From assembly GCA_034178705.1 (NCBI GenBank), contig JAXFQY010000076.1:65-64064 (forward strand): a stretch of 64,000 bases of DNA. The letters run 5' to 3'. This DNA comes from Eubacteriales bacterium. GTDB taxonomy: Bacteria; Bacillota; Clostridia; Oscillospirales; CAG-272. This document shows positions 28,100 through 37,001 of the stretch, piece after piece. Positions within the stretch are counted from its first letter, which is position 1. Each line of letters starts with the position of its first letter. The position numbers and the translations under genes were made by a program. The notes beneath the pieces are model-generated. The model had not been told where the DNA came from. It saw only the letters and a program-made list of their open reading frames with translations, and ran no database searches.

Positions 28100-30010
28100 C
28101 TATGTGTGATTCGAAAGCAGTTCGGAGGCTTTCATTTCCTCACTTTCTTCCGCCTTTTGATTCACAATCTCAGGATCCATAAATGTCGAAACAACCCTGT
28201 GAAGGGCATCGGCAATTGCGGCATCATTACCAGACTGAATAGCATCGCGCAGGACAGAAAGGCGGCGCTCTATTTCCTCCCTGGAATACGGCTTGTCCCT
28301 TTCGATAAAAATCAGCGAATTATCTGTCTTGTCCAGTGTCTGAGACTTGATCAGCAGTTCTTCAAAAAGCTTTTCTCCCGGTCGCAGACCGATTTCCTCG
28401 ATTTTGATATCCTTCTCCGGTTCGTAGCCTGCCAAACGGATCATATTGCACGCCAGATCGTAAATCCGAACAGGATTTCCCATATCCAGTACATAAAGAT
28501 CTCCCCGCCGCGCCATGGCTCCGGTCTGAAGAACAAGCTGAACAGCTTCCGGAATCGTCATGAAATACCGGATAATTCTCTTATCGGTAACAGTCACCGG
28601 ACCGCCCGATTCAATCTGGCGGCGAAACAGAGGAATCACCGATCCGTTTGAGCCAAGAACATTACCAAAGCGTACAGAGACAAACTTTGTAGAGGAATCC
28701 CGACGGGCCTGGACAATCATTTCGCACATCCGCTTGGATGCTCCCATAATATTGGTCGGGTTCACCGCCTTGTCGGTGGAAATGAGCACAAATTTCTCCA
28801 CCCCGTACTTCTCTGCGGCATTTGCAGTATTATAGGTACCGAAAACATTGTTTTTGACCGCTTCAGACGGCGAAGCCTCCATAAGAGGAACATGTTTGTG
28901 CGCCGCCGCATGAATGACAATCTGCGGGCGGTATTTTTCAAAAACCTGCTCAAGACGGGCGACATCCCGTACAGATCCGATAATTACTTCAAATGACGTT
29001 GTTGCTCCTTCATATTTACGAAGCAGCTCCTGCTGAATATCATAAGCATTATTCTCGTAAATATCAAAAATAATCAATCGGCGCGGGGAAAGCTTGGCAA
29101 GCTGGCGGCAAAGCTCACTGCCGATCGATCCGCCACCGCCGGTGACAAGAATGACTTTTTCACGATAATAGGCACGGGAAAGTTCAGAATCTACATTAAT
29201 TGTATCGCGGAACAGAAGATCCTCAATATGGATTTCACGGGGAGAGCGCTTCAGCCCGTCCAAAGATCCCTGCCCCAGCGGATAATCATAGATTTTCACC
29301 TTGCATCCCAAAGCGGAATAAAAATCAAGCAAACGACATTTCTCCGCACTGCTCAGATCCGGAAGCGCGATCATAATCTCCTGAAGGGATTTTCTGCGGA
29401 TAACATCCGGCGCTTGCTTTTCATTATAAACCGGAATACTGTTCAGTTTTTGTCCGCATTTTGACGGATCAATATCAAAAAATGCAACCGGCTGATAGCG
29501 GGAACAGGGATTACGAAGGAATTCCTCAGCAAGCGTTGAACCGATATTCCCTGCCCCGACAATGGCGATTCCGATCTTCTGCTTATCCGAATTTCTGTTA
29601 TCGTGCTCGGCATTTCTGCGCGCATAGATGAACTGATAGAAGAGACGCACGGTCATACACGCAAGACAGTTAAAGGAAATCACAAAAACAGTGGCTGCAA
29701 AACCAATGTACAAGGAATCAAAAAGCTTGCCTATCCCCAAAAGAAAGCAGCCAGCGAAAAAGTCAGCAAGGACCAGTCTGATATAAAGGCCGACAGTCGC
29801 ATAGCGCCATATATGATTGTAAATGAGAAGAACAGCGCGAAAAAAGAGCAAAGTGACACAAAACAAAAGAAATTCAAACAGCATCTGCTTCACTGTCAGA
29901 TTACCGCTGATGCTCACAAAGGATAATCCGCACTCGGCAGCAAGCAGAAGAAAAGAAAAAGCAAGGATGCCGATATCGATCAAGCAGAGAAGCGATTTAC
30001 GCTTGTCCAT
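28100..30010 (-). CDS. membrane-bound polysaccharide biosynthesis NDP-sugar dehydratase/epimerase (CapD/PglF/WbpM-like)
   Basis: Four N-terminal TM segments and two nucleotide-binding motifs (VGAGNIGS, TGGGGSIGSEL). Start moved to ATG 30010 after ggag. Confidence 0.85.
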   Translation of the reverse strand: MDKRKSLLCLIDIGILAFSFLLLAAECGLSFVSISGNLTVKQMLFEFLLFCVTLLFFRAVLLIYNHIWRYATVGLYIRLVLADFFAGCFLLGIGKLFDSLYIGFAATVFVISFNCLACMTVRLFYQFIYARRNAEHDNRNSDKQKIGIAIVGAGNIGSTLAEEFLRNPCSRYQPVAFFDIDPSKCGQKLNSIPVYNEKQAPDVIRRKSLQEIMIALPDLSSAEKCRLLDFYSALGCKVKIYDYPLGQGSLDGLKRSPREIHIEDLLFRDTINVDSELSRAYYREKVILVTGGGGSIGSELCRQLAKLSPRRLIIFDIYENNAYDIQQELLRKYEGATTSFEVIIGSVRDVARLEQVFEKYRPQIVIHAAAHKHVPLMEASPSEAVKNNVFGTYNTANAAEKYGVEKFVLISTDKAVNPTNIMGASKRMCEMIVQARRDSSTKFVSVRFGNVLGSNGSVIPLFRRQIESGGPVTVTDKRIIRYFMTIPEAVQLVLQTGAMARRGDLYVLDMGNPVRIYDLACNMIRLAGYEPEKDIKIEEIGLRPGEKLFEELLIKSQTLDKTDNSLIFIERDKPYSREEIERRLSVLRDAIQSGNDAAIADALHRVVSTFMDPEIVNQKAEESEEMKASELLSNHT

Positions 30011-30138
30011 GATTACTCCAAAACGCATTATTATAAAAAATATTATAAATTTATTTTTATTATAAATCACAGCAAGAACAAAAGCAATACTTTTGCCCTT
30101 ATCTCTGCACGTGAGTAAAAAATATTAGGAAGGATAGC

Positions 30139-30178
30139 AAAAAGAGCACCGCCCAAATCCTTGAGCGGTGCTCTTTTT
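30139..30178. terminator. bidirectional intrinsic terminator
   Basis: 14-bp stem AAAAAGAGCACCGC / GCGGTGCTCTTTTT with a 12-nt loop, 12 nt after the stop of 30190..30510. Confidence 0.8.
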
Positions 30179-30189
30179 ACGCTTTTGAT

Positions 30190-30510
30190 TTATTGGAAAT
30201 CGGCCTCTGATGCATCCGTATCCTTCTGCACCGCATCATCCCCGCCGAAAAGATCGGCATGAATCGCATCCTCATCGAAGTCGAAATCCTCATCATCAAG
30301 GAAATCTTCCCCAAAACTTGCCTCAAAGGCCTTCTCATCCTCGCGATACTGCCACAGCATATAGGTTCCGACCGTACCTGCCATCGCGGCAACGGCAAGG
30401 AATGCACCGGCAATGCTCTTCTTCTTGGCGCAAAGAATGATGAACATGATCGTAAAGGAAAAAGCCTGCACCATCAGAGAAATTCCCACATAAAGTCTTG
30501 ATTTTTTCAT
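30190..30510 (-). CDS. small membrane protein with acidic C-terminal tail
   Basis: 106 aa. Two hydrophobic segments followed by an Asp/Glu-rich tail (DFLDDEDFDFDED...). Starts 18 nt after prfB. Confidence 0.5.
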   Translation of the reverse strand: MKKSRLYVGISLMVQAFSFTIMFIILCAKKKSIAGAFLAVAAMAGTVGTYMLWQYREDEKAFEASFGEDFLDDEDFDFDEDAIHADLFGGDDAVQKDTDASEADFQ

Positions 30511-30528
30511 AACGAATCCCCTTTCGAA

Positions 30529-31656
30529 TTATTGATCAAGTTTTGCGTTCATTTTCAGATAAGCATTGATAAAACCGTCGATTTCACCGTCCATAACAGC
30601 GATGATATTTCCGTCCTCATATCCCGTACGGGTATCCTTAACCAGTGTATAGGGCATAAATACATAGGAACGGATCTGGGCTCCCCACTCAATGTTTGTC
30701 TTGGTTCCCTGGATGTCTTCAATTTTATCGAGTTTTTCACGCGCCTTGATTTCCATCAACTTGGAGCGGAGCATACGGAGCGCGGTTTCCTTGTTCTGAA
30801 GCTGACTGCGTTCGGTCTGGCACCCTACAACGATTCCGGTCGGCTTGTGAACAATCCGAATCGCAGAATCCGTTTTGTTGATATGCTGCCCGCCCGCTCC
30901 GCTCGAACGGTGCGCCGTGATCTCAAGATCCTCATCCTTCAACTCGATTTTTCCGTCATCCTCAAACTCAGGCATAACCTCAACCGAAGCAAAGGAGGTC
31001 TGCCTTCTGCCGGATGCATCAAACGGAGATACCCGAACAAGACGATGAACACCGTTTTCGCTCTTCAGATAGCCGTAGGCATTTTCGCCCTCAATCGTGA
31101 TCGTCGCGCTCTTGATGCCGGCTTCTTCTCCGTCAAGCCAATCAATCAGTTTGACGGTATAGCCGTGGCGTTCGCCCCATCGGGTATAGAGGCGATACAG
31201 CATCAGCGCCCAATCCTGTGCCTCGGTGCCGCCGGCTCCGGGATGGAAGGAAAGAATCGCATTATTGCGATCATATTCCCCGGAGAGGAGCGCTTCAATA
31301 CGGCGTGCTTCTTCCTCAGCCCGGATCTCACGCAGTTCGCTTTGCACCTCCGCAACACAGCTTTCGTCATTTTCTTCAATTGCCATTTCGGAAAGCGTAA
31401 TCGCGTCATCCAGCTTCTGCCTAAGGGTTTCATACGCAGCAATCTTATCCCGCTTGCGTTTCAGCTGCTGAAGAACCTTCCCCGAATTCTCCTGATCTGC
31501 CCAGAAATTATCAGCCGTCGTCTTTTCCTCGAGCTGTGCTACAGCTACCCTTTCCTCTTCTATCCGAAGCGCGTTGCCGAGCTCGTCGATTTTATCACGA
31601 TACCCGATCAGCTCGCGGCGCGCCTCCTCCAATGCTACTATCAAATGTTCCTCCAA
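30529..31656 (-). CDS. prfB: peptide chain release factor 2 (uninterrupted ORF)
   Basis: GGQ motif (SGAGGQHINKTDSAIR) and RF2 SPF context RVSPFDASGRRQTSFA. The first in-frame start is TTG 31656; an alternative TTG at 31644 lies 4-5 nt after GGAGGA. Confidence 0.93.
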   Translation of the reverse strand: MEEHLIVALEEARRELIGYRDKIDELGNALRIEEERVAVAQLEEKTTADNFWADQENSGKVLQQLKRKRDKIAAYETLRQKLDDAITLSEMAIEENDESCVAEVQSELREIRAEEEARRIEALLSGEYDRNNAILSFHPGAGGTEAQDWALMLYRLYTRWGERHGYTVKLIDWLDGEEAGIKSATITIEGENAYGYLKSENGVHRLVRVSPFDASGRRQTSFASVEVMPEFEDDGKIELKDEDLEITAHRSSGAGGQHINKTDSAIRIVHKPTGIVVGCQTERSQLQNKETALRMLRSKLMEIKAREKLDKIEDIQGTKTNIEWGAQIRSYVFMPYTLVKDTRTGYEDGNIIAVMDGEIDGFINAYLKMNAKLDQ

Positions 31657-31701
31657 AATTAGCGTATGCCGAATAACGTAAGGAGATACTTCCCTGTCAG
31701 T

Positions 31702-31730
31702 ATTCTACCATAACAGGATTCCCTTTTCAA
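31702..31730 (-). promoter_or_regulatory. sigma-A promoter of prfB
   Basis: On the minus strand: TTGAAA (31730-31725), 17-nt spacer, TGG-TAGAAT (extended -10, hexamer 31707-31702). Confidence 0.6.
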
Positions 31731-31765
31731 GAGCATAATATGATTTTTTTGCTTCCTCAGACCTG

Positions 31766-33637
31766 TCAAGTGGCAATTCCGGCAAACTGGCTGCTGTACA
31801 GCTTGAAATACTCTCCTTTTTTTGCAAGAAGCTCCTCATGGCTTCCGGTTTCCGCGATTTTTCCGTCACGCAGCACAACGATTTTATCTGCATCTCTGAT
31901 GGTGGAGAGACGGTGCGCAATGATCAGCGACGTGCGCCCCTGCATCAGCGCCACCATGGCCTGCTGAATGTGCATTTCGGTGCGCGTATCGACGGAGGAG
32001 GTCGCCTCGTCAAGAATCAGTATCCGGGGATCGGCAAGCACAGCACGCGCAATGGAAAGCAGCTGTCGCTGACCCTGCGAAAGGTTTCCGCCGGCTTCCG
32101 AAAGCTCCGAGCGGTAGCCGTCCGGGAGACGATCGATAAAGGAATCCGCCCTTGCCGTATGCGCTGCAGCGCGCATCTGACTGTCGGTCGCGCTCAAATT
32201 CCCGTACTTGATGTTTTTTTCAATTGTGTCATTGAAGAGAACTGTATCTTGCAGAACGATCGCAATTGACTGCCGAAGCTCCTTTTTCGGAATCTCCGTG
32301 ATATCCGTGCCGTCAACGGTTATCCTTCCGGAGTCCACCTCGTAGAATCGGGTGAGCAAATTGACAATCGTGGTCTTTCCGGAGCCTGTCGCACCGACAA
32401 TTGCAACCTTTTGACCGGCACCGACCGAAAGATCAAGATCCCGCAGAACGGGCTCGCCGGGGACATAGCCGAAATCGACATGCTCAAACCGGATTTCCCC
32501 GCGGACAGAAGAAATATCGATTTTTTTCTTCCCTTCATCAATCTCATCCGGCGTATCGAGAATGGCAAAAATACGTTCAGCGCCGGCAAGAGCGGTCAGA
32601 ATGCTGGAATACTGGCTCGCAATCATATTGATCGGATGGGTAAACTTTTTCGAATACTGGAGCATTGCCTGAATTTTACCCGGTGTCATGCCGGCTTTCC
32701 CGGTAAGAATAAGGTAGCCGCCTGCCGCTGCAAGCAGGACATACTGAAAATTACCGATAAAATTCATGACAGGTCCCATGATCGAACCCCAGACCCGTGC
32801 ACTGATTGAGCAGCTGCGGAACTCCTCGGAAACCTTTCCGAAGTTTTCAATCGCCTCCGGCTCCTTGCCGTAAGCAACAACCGTCTTATATCCCGTAACC
32901 ATTTCCTCAACCCGACCGTTCAGCTGACCGAGCAGACGCTGACGACGGGTGAAATATTTACGCATGAATTTTGCAAGCATAGAGGAGACAAAAACAGTCA
33001 AAGGAATGGTAACGACAGCAACCAGCGTCATAACGGGACTGTAATACAGCATCATGGAAAACGCGCCGACAAGAGTAAGAACAGCAGAAAGCAATGATGT
33101 CAAAGACTGAGAAACCGCAGTAGAGAGATTCTCCACGTCATTTGTCATTCTGCTCATAATATCGCCGTGTTTATGGGAATCTGTGTAGCCAATCGGCAGG
33201 CGGGAAATTTTCGCAAACAGTTCTTCCCTCATGACATACACAGTGTTCATCGAAAGTTTCGCCGAAACACGCCCCTGAATCCAGGTGAAAACAGCACCGA
33301 CGAGGGCAATGATGCCAAGAATCAGAAGATATCCCAAAAGCTGACTGAGATTGACGGAAAGCCCACCTGTTGTCTCATCAATGCGGAAGGTATCAATCGC
33401 CTTCTGCTGCATCATCGGTCCGACAAGGTCAACGGCGGTAATCAGCAAGGTGAACAGAATCAGCATGATCAGGATGTATCTGCTGGAGCCAATGTATTTC
33501 AGAACGCGCGAAAGGGTCTTCAGGGTATTCTTCGGCTTTTCCGCATTCATACGGGCATTCATTCCGGGACCGCCTCTTCCCGCAGGGCGAAGATCGATTT
33601 TCGGCAGTTCGCGCGTATCTTTGTTCTGTTCGGCCAT
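31766..33637 (-). CDS. ABC exporter half-transporter (TMD-NBD), consensus-site subunit
   Basis: 623 aa. Walker A GATGSGKTT, non-canonical signature LSQGQRQ, Walker B ILILDEATS and H-loop IIAHRLS. Confidence 0.9.
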   Translation of the reverse strand: MAEQNKDTRELPKIDLRPAGRGGPGMNARMNAEKPKNTLKTLSRVLKYIGSSRYILIMLILFTLLITAVDLVGPMMQQKAIDTFRIDETTGGLSVNLSQLLGYLLILGIIALVGAVFTWIQGRVSAKLSMNTVYVMREELFAKISRLPIGYTDSHKHGDIMSRMTNDVENLSTAVSQSLTSLLSAVLTLVGAFSMMLYYSPVMTLVAVVTIPLTVFVSSMLAKFMRKYFTRRQRLLGQLNGRVEEMVTGYKTVVAYGKEPEAIENFGKVSEEFRSCSISARVWGSIMGPVMNFIGNFQYVLLAAAGGYLILTGKAGMTPGKIQAMLQYSKKFTHPINMIASQYSSILTALAGAERIFAILDTPDEIDEGKKKIDISSVRGEIRFEHVDFGYVPGEPVLRDLDLSVGAGQKVAIVGATGSGKTTIVNLLTRFYEVDSGRITVDGTDITEIPKKELRQSIAIVLQDTVLFNDTIEKNIKYGNLSATDSQMRAAAHTARADSFIDRLPDGYRSELSEAGGNLSQGQRQLLSIARAVLADPRILILDEATSSVDTRTEMHIQQAMVALMQGRTSLIIAHRLSTIRDADKIVVLRDGKIAETGSHEELLAKKGEYFKLYSSQFAGIAT

Positions 33638-33716
33638 CAGTTCTCCCCTCCTTCCGCAAGCGCTCCGGACCGCATCTGCGATTCATAAATATCACGGTAG
33701 GTATCGCTTATCTTCA

Positions 33717-35459
33717 TCAATTCATCATGAGGCGCACAATGCAGAATCCGTCCGATTCGATAACGGCAATCCGGTCGGCGGACCGAACACTGGCAATGCG
33801 CTGTGCAATCATGATAACGGTCGTTCCGGCAAAACGCTCCTTCACGGCGCGCTGAAGCTTTGCCTCAGTGGCAAGATCCAGTGCGGACGTGGAATCGTCC
33901 AGAATCAGAATCTCCGGCTTGCGGATCAGCGCCCGGGAGACCGAAAGGCGCTGCTTCTGTCCACCGGAAAGCGATGCTCCCTTTTCGGCAATGAAGGTAT
34001 CAAAACCGTCATTGAAACCGAGAACAAAGTCAGAGGCCTGCGCTGCGTCTGCTGCTGCACGAACCTCAGTATCATCGGCATCCGGCTTTCCCCAGCGGAT
34101 ATTCTTTGCAATCGTGTCGGAGAACAGTTCGCTTTTCTGCATGACAAATCCGATTTTTTTACGAAGTGCAGAAAGTGTATAATCCCGTACCGATCTTCCG
34201 TTTACCAAAACCTCCCCCTCTGTAGCATCGTAAAAACGGGGAATCAGCTGAACAAGTGAGGATTTTCCCGAACCGGTCTCTCCGATAACAGCAAGCGTTT
34301 CTCCGCGGCGGATCTTCAGATTGATTCCGGAAAGTACATTCTTGCCGGTCGTTCCCGGATACCGGAAACTGACATTGCGGAATTCAACCGCAGTTTTCCT
34401 GTCGGGGCCTTCCGTTTCCTTACCGCCGACCACCGCAGGTTCGGAATCCAGAACTTCATTGATTCGTTCGGCAGAGGCCATGGCACGGGAAACCGACTGA
34501 AACATCATCGTGATCATCATGACAGAGTTGATAACCTGCGTCACATAGGTAATGGCTGCCATGACAGCGCCGACCGTCATACCGGAGGCTTCGATATTGG
34601 CGCGGAATCCTCCGATCCAGATGATTGCAACAATCGCAAGGGATTGTACCAGTGTCAAAAGCGGAGATATATTGGCAAGAAGGAGAGAAACACGCAGATT
34701 CGCATCCCGCATTTCCCGGTTAGCGCTGCCGAAGCGTTCGCACTCGTATTCTTCCCTTGTATACGCCTTAACAACACGCGCACCGCCCACATTTTCCTGA
34801 ACAACGGCATTGACCTTATCAAGCTTTTTCTGAACAACGCTGAAAAGCGGAACAGCCCGTCTGACAATCAGGAAAATCGCGATTATCAACACCGGAAGGG
34901 CACAAAGCAAAACAAAGCTGAAACGCACATCCAATGTCAGAACCATGATCGTTCCGCCGATAAAAAACATCGGAGAACGGACAAACATCCGCAGCACAGT
35001 CTCAACAAAGTCCACAAGCTGCGAAACGTCATTTGTCATCCGCGTGACAAGCGAACCGGTTGTAAAGCGATCTGTCTGTTCAATCGACAGTGACATCACA
35101 TGTCTGAACGCGTCACGGCGGAGATCGTTTCCGAAGCCCTGCGAGGCCGAGGCAGCAGTCCAGGCACAGAAGGTTCCGAAAAAACCGCCTACAAGTGTCA
35201 CAGCAAGCATAAGAAGTCCAAAAGTGAGAATCATAGACAGACGGGACGGGTCACTTCCCGCAAAAAAATGAAGAAGCGACGCAGCAAGCGCCGATCCGTT
35301 TTCAGGGTCATTTACCGAAATGCCAAGCACCCCATAATTGACGATATAGGACATCAGATAGGGCAGACAAAGATCCGCCGATACCTCTCCGATCATCATC
35401 AAAGGGGAGATGAAGGCAAGAAGCCGGTAAGGCTTCAGGTAACGCAACAGTTTTTTCAA
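33717..35459 (-). CDS. ABC exporter half-transporter (TMD-NBD), degenerate-site subunit, 3' end frameshifted
   Basis: 580 aa with a TTG start after gggggaattggc. Walker A GETGSGKSS, signature LSGGQKQ, Walker B ILILDDSTS (Glu replaced by Asp) and H-loop IMIAQRIAS (His replaced by Gln). The conserved C-terminus continues in another frame (see findings). Confidence 0.85.
   Translation of the reverse strand: MKKLLRYLKPYRLLAFISPLMMIGEVSADLCLPYLMSYIVNYGVLGISVNDPENGSALAASLLHFFAGSDPSRLSMILTFGLLMLAVTLVGGFFGTFCAWTAASASQGFGNDLRRDAFRHVMSLSIEQTDRFTTGSLVTRMTNDVSQLVDFVETVLRMFVRSPMFFIGGTIMVLTLDVRFSFVLLCALPVLIIAIFLIVRRAVPLFSVVQKKLDKVNAVVQENVGGARVVKAYTREEYECERFGSANREMRDANLRVSLLLANISPLLTLVQSLAIVAIIWIGGFRANIEASGMTVGAVMAAITYVTQVINSVMMITMMFQSVSRAMASAERINEVLDSEPAVVGGKETEGPDRKTAVEFRNVSFRYPGTTGKNVLSGINLKIRRGETLAVIGETGSGKSSLVQLIPRFYDATEGEVLVNGRSVRDYTLSALRKKIGFVMQKSELFSDTIAKNIRWGKPDADDTEVRAAADAAQASDFVLGFNDGFDTFIAEKGASLSGGQKQRLSVSRALIRKPEILILDDSTSALDLATEAKLQRAVKERFAGTTVIMIAQRIASVRSADRIAVIESDGFCIVRLMMN
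33747..33754 (-). repeat. (CGGA)2 tandem tetranucleotide at the frameshift point
   Basis: The coding strand reads aatCGGACGGAttc. A third unit would restore ESDGRILHCAPHDELM in one frame. Confidence 0.9.
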
Positions 35460-35902
35460 GCCAATTCCCCCAATATTTTATTTTAGTTATTTTAGCATTA
35501 TATTTGGGAAAATGTCAAGCAACAAGACCTCCATTTGCAGAAAAGAGCGTACAGAATTCGCAGGAGCGGGCTGCCAATTGCGGATAAGAACAGCAATCTT
35601 TTCCGGGAAGCACACAAAGATATTATAATACAAACGCACTGTTTTTACGGTCCCATGCTTCCGAACGGTACGGAGCCTTCAGCGTGTCCTTTGCAAAAAA
35701 ATACAGGATGAATTCGACAGATCTGCCTGTTTGATATTTCCATTCATAAAGCCCCGACGGCGGCACAAAATAGAATCGTGCCGCGCATCGCTGCAGCGCG
35801 ATCCCGCACTGCGGACAGGTTGAAGAATACTGCTTCCGCTTTTTGCAGATCGGATCACGGCACCGAAAAACCGGGGGAGCGCCCGAACACGGGCAAAAGA
35901 TA

Positions 35903-36952
35903 ATGTGGAACAAAGCGAAACGGCAACACAAGGCGACTTCCGCGGGCAATCGAAGTATCTTGCGCATTCTCTCATTTTTTGCACTCTCCGTTCTTCTGCT
36001 TGCATGGGGGGTGATTCCCTCCGAGGCAAGAGAGCCGCTCAGACTGATTCCCGGAGGCATCCCATTCGGGGCAAAGCTGACATTCCCCGGTGTAACCGTC
36101 ACGGGTTTTTCTGAGGACACAACAAGTCCGGCGCAAAATGCCGGTCTGATGAAGAACGATCGGATTGTGGAATTGAACGGCAATGCAATCAGCGGCTGCG
36201 AGCAGTTCGCATCTCTGATTGAAGCATCAAACGGCAAGGAGCTTTCGATTAAGGTCCTGCGGCAAGGACGGGAAATCACCTTTTCCGTCACCCCGCTGCT
36301 GACCGACGGCAGATACCGGATCGGCGTCACGGTGCGGGACGGCGCCGCCGGGGTTGGTACCGTGACATTTTTTACTGAAAACGGAGCGTTCGGAGGGCTT
36401 GGCCATGGCGTGTACTGTAAAGACACGGGTGAGCTTGCCCCTTTTCGTTCCGGCACAGTATGCGGCGTAGTGATCAAGGGAATCCGGCGGGGCTTTGCCG
36501 GTTCCCCAGGGGAGATCATGGGCGCTCTGACTCCTGAGCGTCTCGGAACTTTGTCGGCAAACACCCCGGTGGGTGTTTTCGGTCTGTACGGCATGCTCCC
36601 TGACTGTCTGAAGTCTAAAGCGTTGGATGTAGCCGATCCGGAGGAGCTCACGCGCGGTGCGGCAACAATCCTTTCCACCCTTGGTGATGACGGAATCGTA
36701 GAATACGCGATCGAAATCACATCCATTTCTGAGCCGCGCGGAACAGGCGAAAAGTCCTTTGCCATCCGTGTTACGGATAAGCGCCTTCTGGAGCGTACAG
36801 GAGGAATCGTTCAGGGCATGAGCGGAAGCCCCATTCTCCAGAACGGTAAGCTTGTCGGCGCCGTCACTCATGTAATGATCGGCGATCCGACTGCAGGATA
36901 CGGCATCTTTATCCGGACTATGATTTCGGAAATGCCGGAGTATCTGCAATAA
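35903..36952 (+). CDS. spoIVB: SpoIVB-type signalling serine peptidase (S55, PDZ domain)
   Basis: N-terminal TM segment, PDZ-like segment, catalytic contexts FGGLGHGV and GMSGSPILQNGKLVGAVTHV. The start is uncertain: ATG 35903 or TTG 35843. Confidence 0.88.
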   Translation: MWNKAKRQHKATSAGNRSILRILSFFALSVLLLAWGVIPSEAREPLRLIPGGIPFGAKLTFPGVTVTGFSEDTTSPAQNAGLMKNDRIVELNGNAISGCEQFASLIEASNGKELSIKVLRQGREITFSVTPLLTDGRYRIGVTVRDGAAGVGTVTFFTENGAFGGLGHGVYCKDTGELAPFRSGTVCGVVIKGIRRGFAGSPGEIMGALTPERLGTLSANTPVGVFGLYGMLPDCLKSKALDVADPEELTRGAATILSTLGDDGIVEYAIEITSISEPRGTGEKSFAIRVTDKRLLERTGGIVQGMSGSPILQNGKLVGAVTHVMIGDPTAGYGIFIRTMISEMPEYLQ

Positions 36953-36956
36953 AAAA

Positions 36957-36985
36957 TGTCCCGGGGCAAAACTCGCCCCGGGACA
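36957..36985. terminator. bidirectional intrinsic terminator
   Basis: 11-bp stem TGTCCCGGGGC / GCCCCGGGACA with a 7-nt loop, an A-run before and a T-run after. Lies between convergent stops at 36952 and 37002. Confidence 0.8.
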
Positions 36986-37001
36986 CCGTTTTTTATAAGA
37001 A

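Noticed and set aside
27581-28651. 356-aa plus-strand ORF spanning the 27700-28099 gap
   Set aside because: It runs through two terminator hairpins and is then antisense to the capD-like gene. It has no RBS.
30028-30066. Three copies of TATTATAAA upstream of the capD-like gene
   Set aside because: They are most simply read as overlapping -10-like (TATAAT on the minus strand) AT-rich promoter sequence. The repeats are too short and too AT-rich to call a repeat element.
30532-31662. 376-aa plus-strand ORF
   Set aside because: It is antisense to prfB, which carries the GGQ and SPF motifs.
35623-36765. 380-aa minus-strand ORF
   Set aside because: It is antisense to spoIVB, which has clear catalytic His and Ser contexts on the plus strand. 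The sequence is Pro/Ser/Arg-rich.
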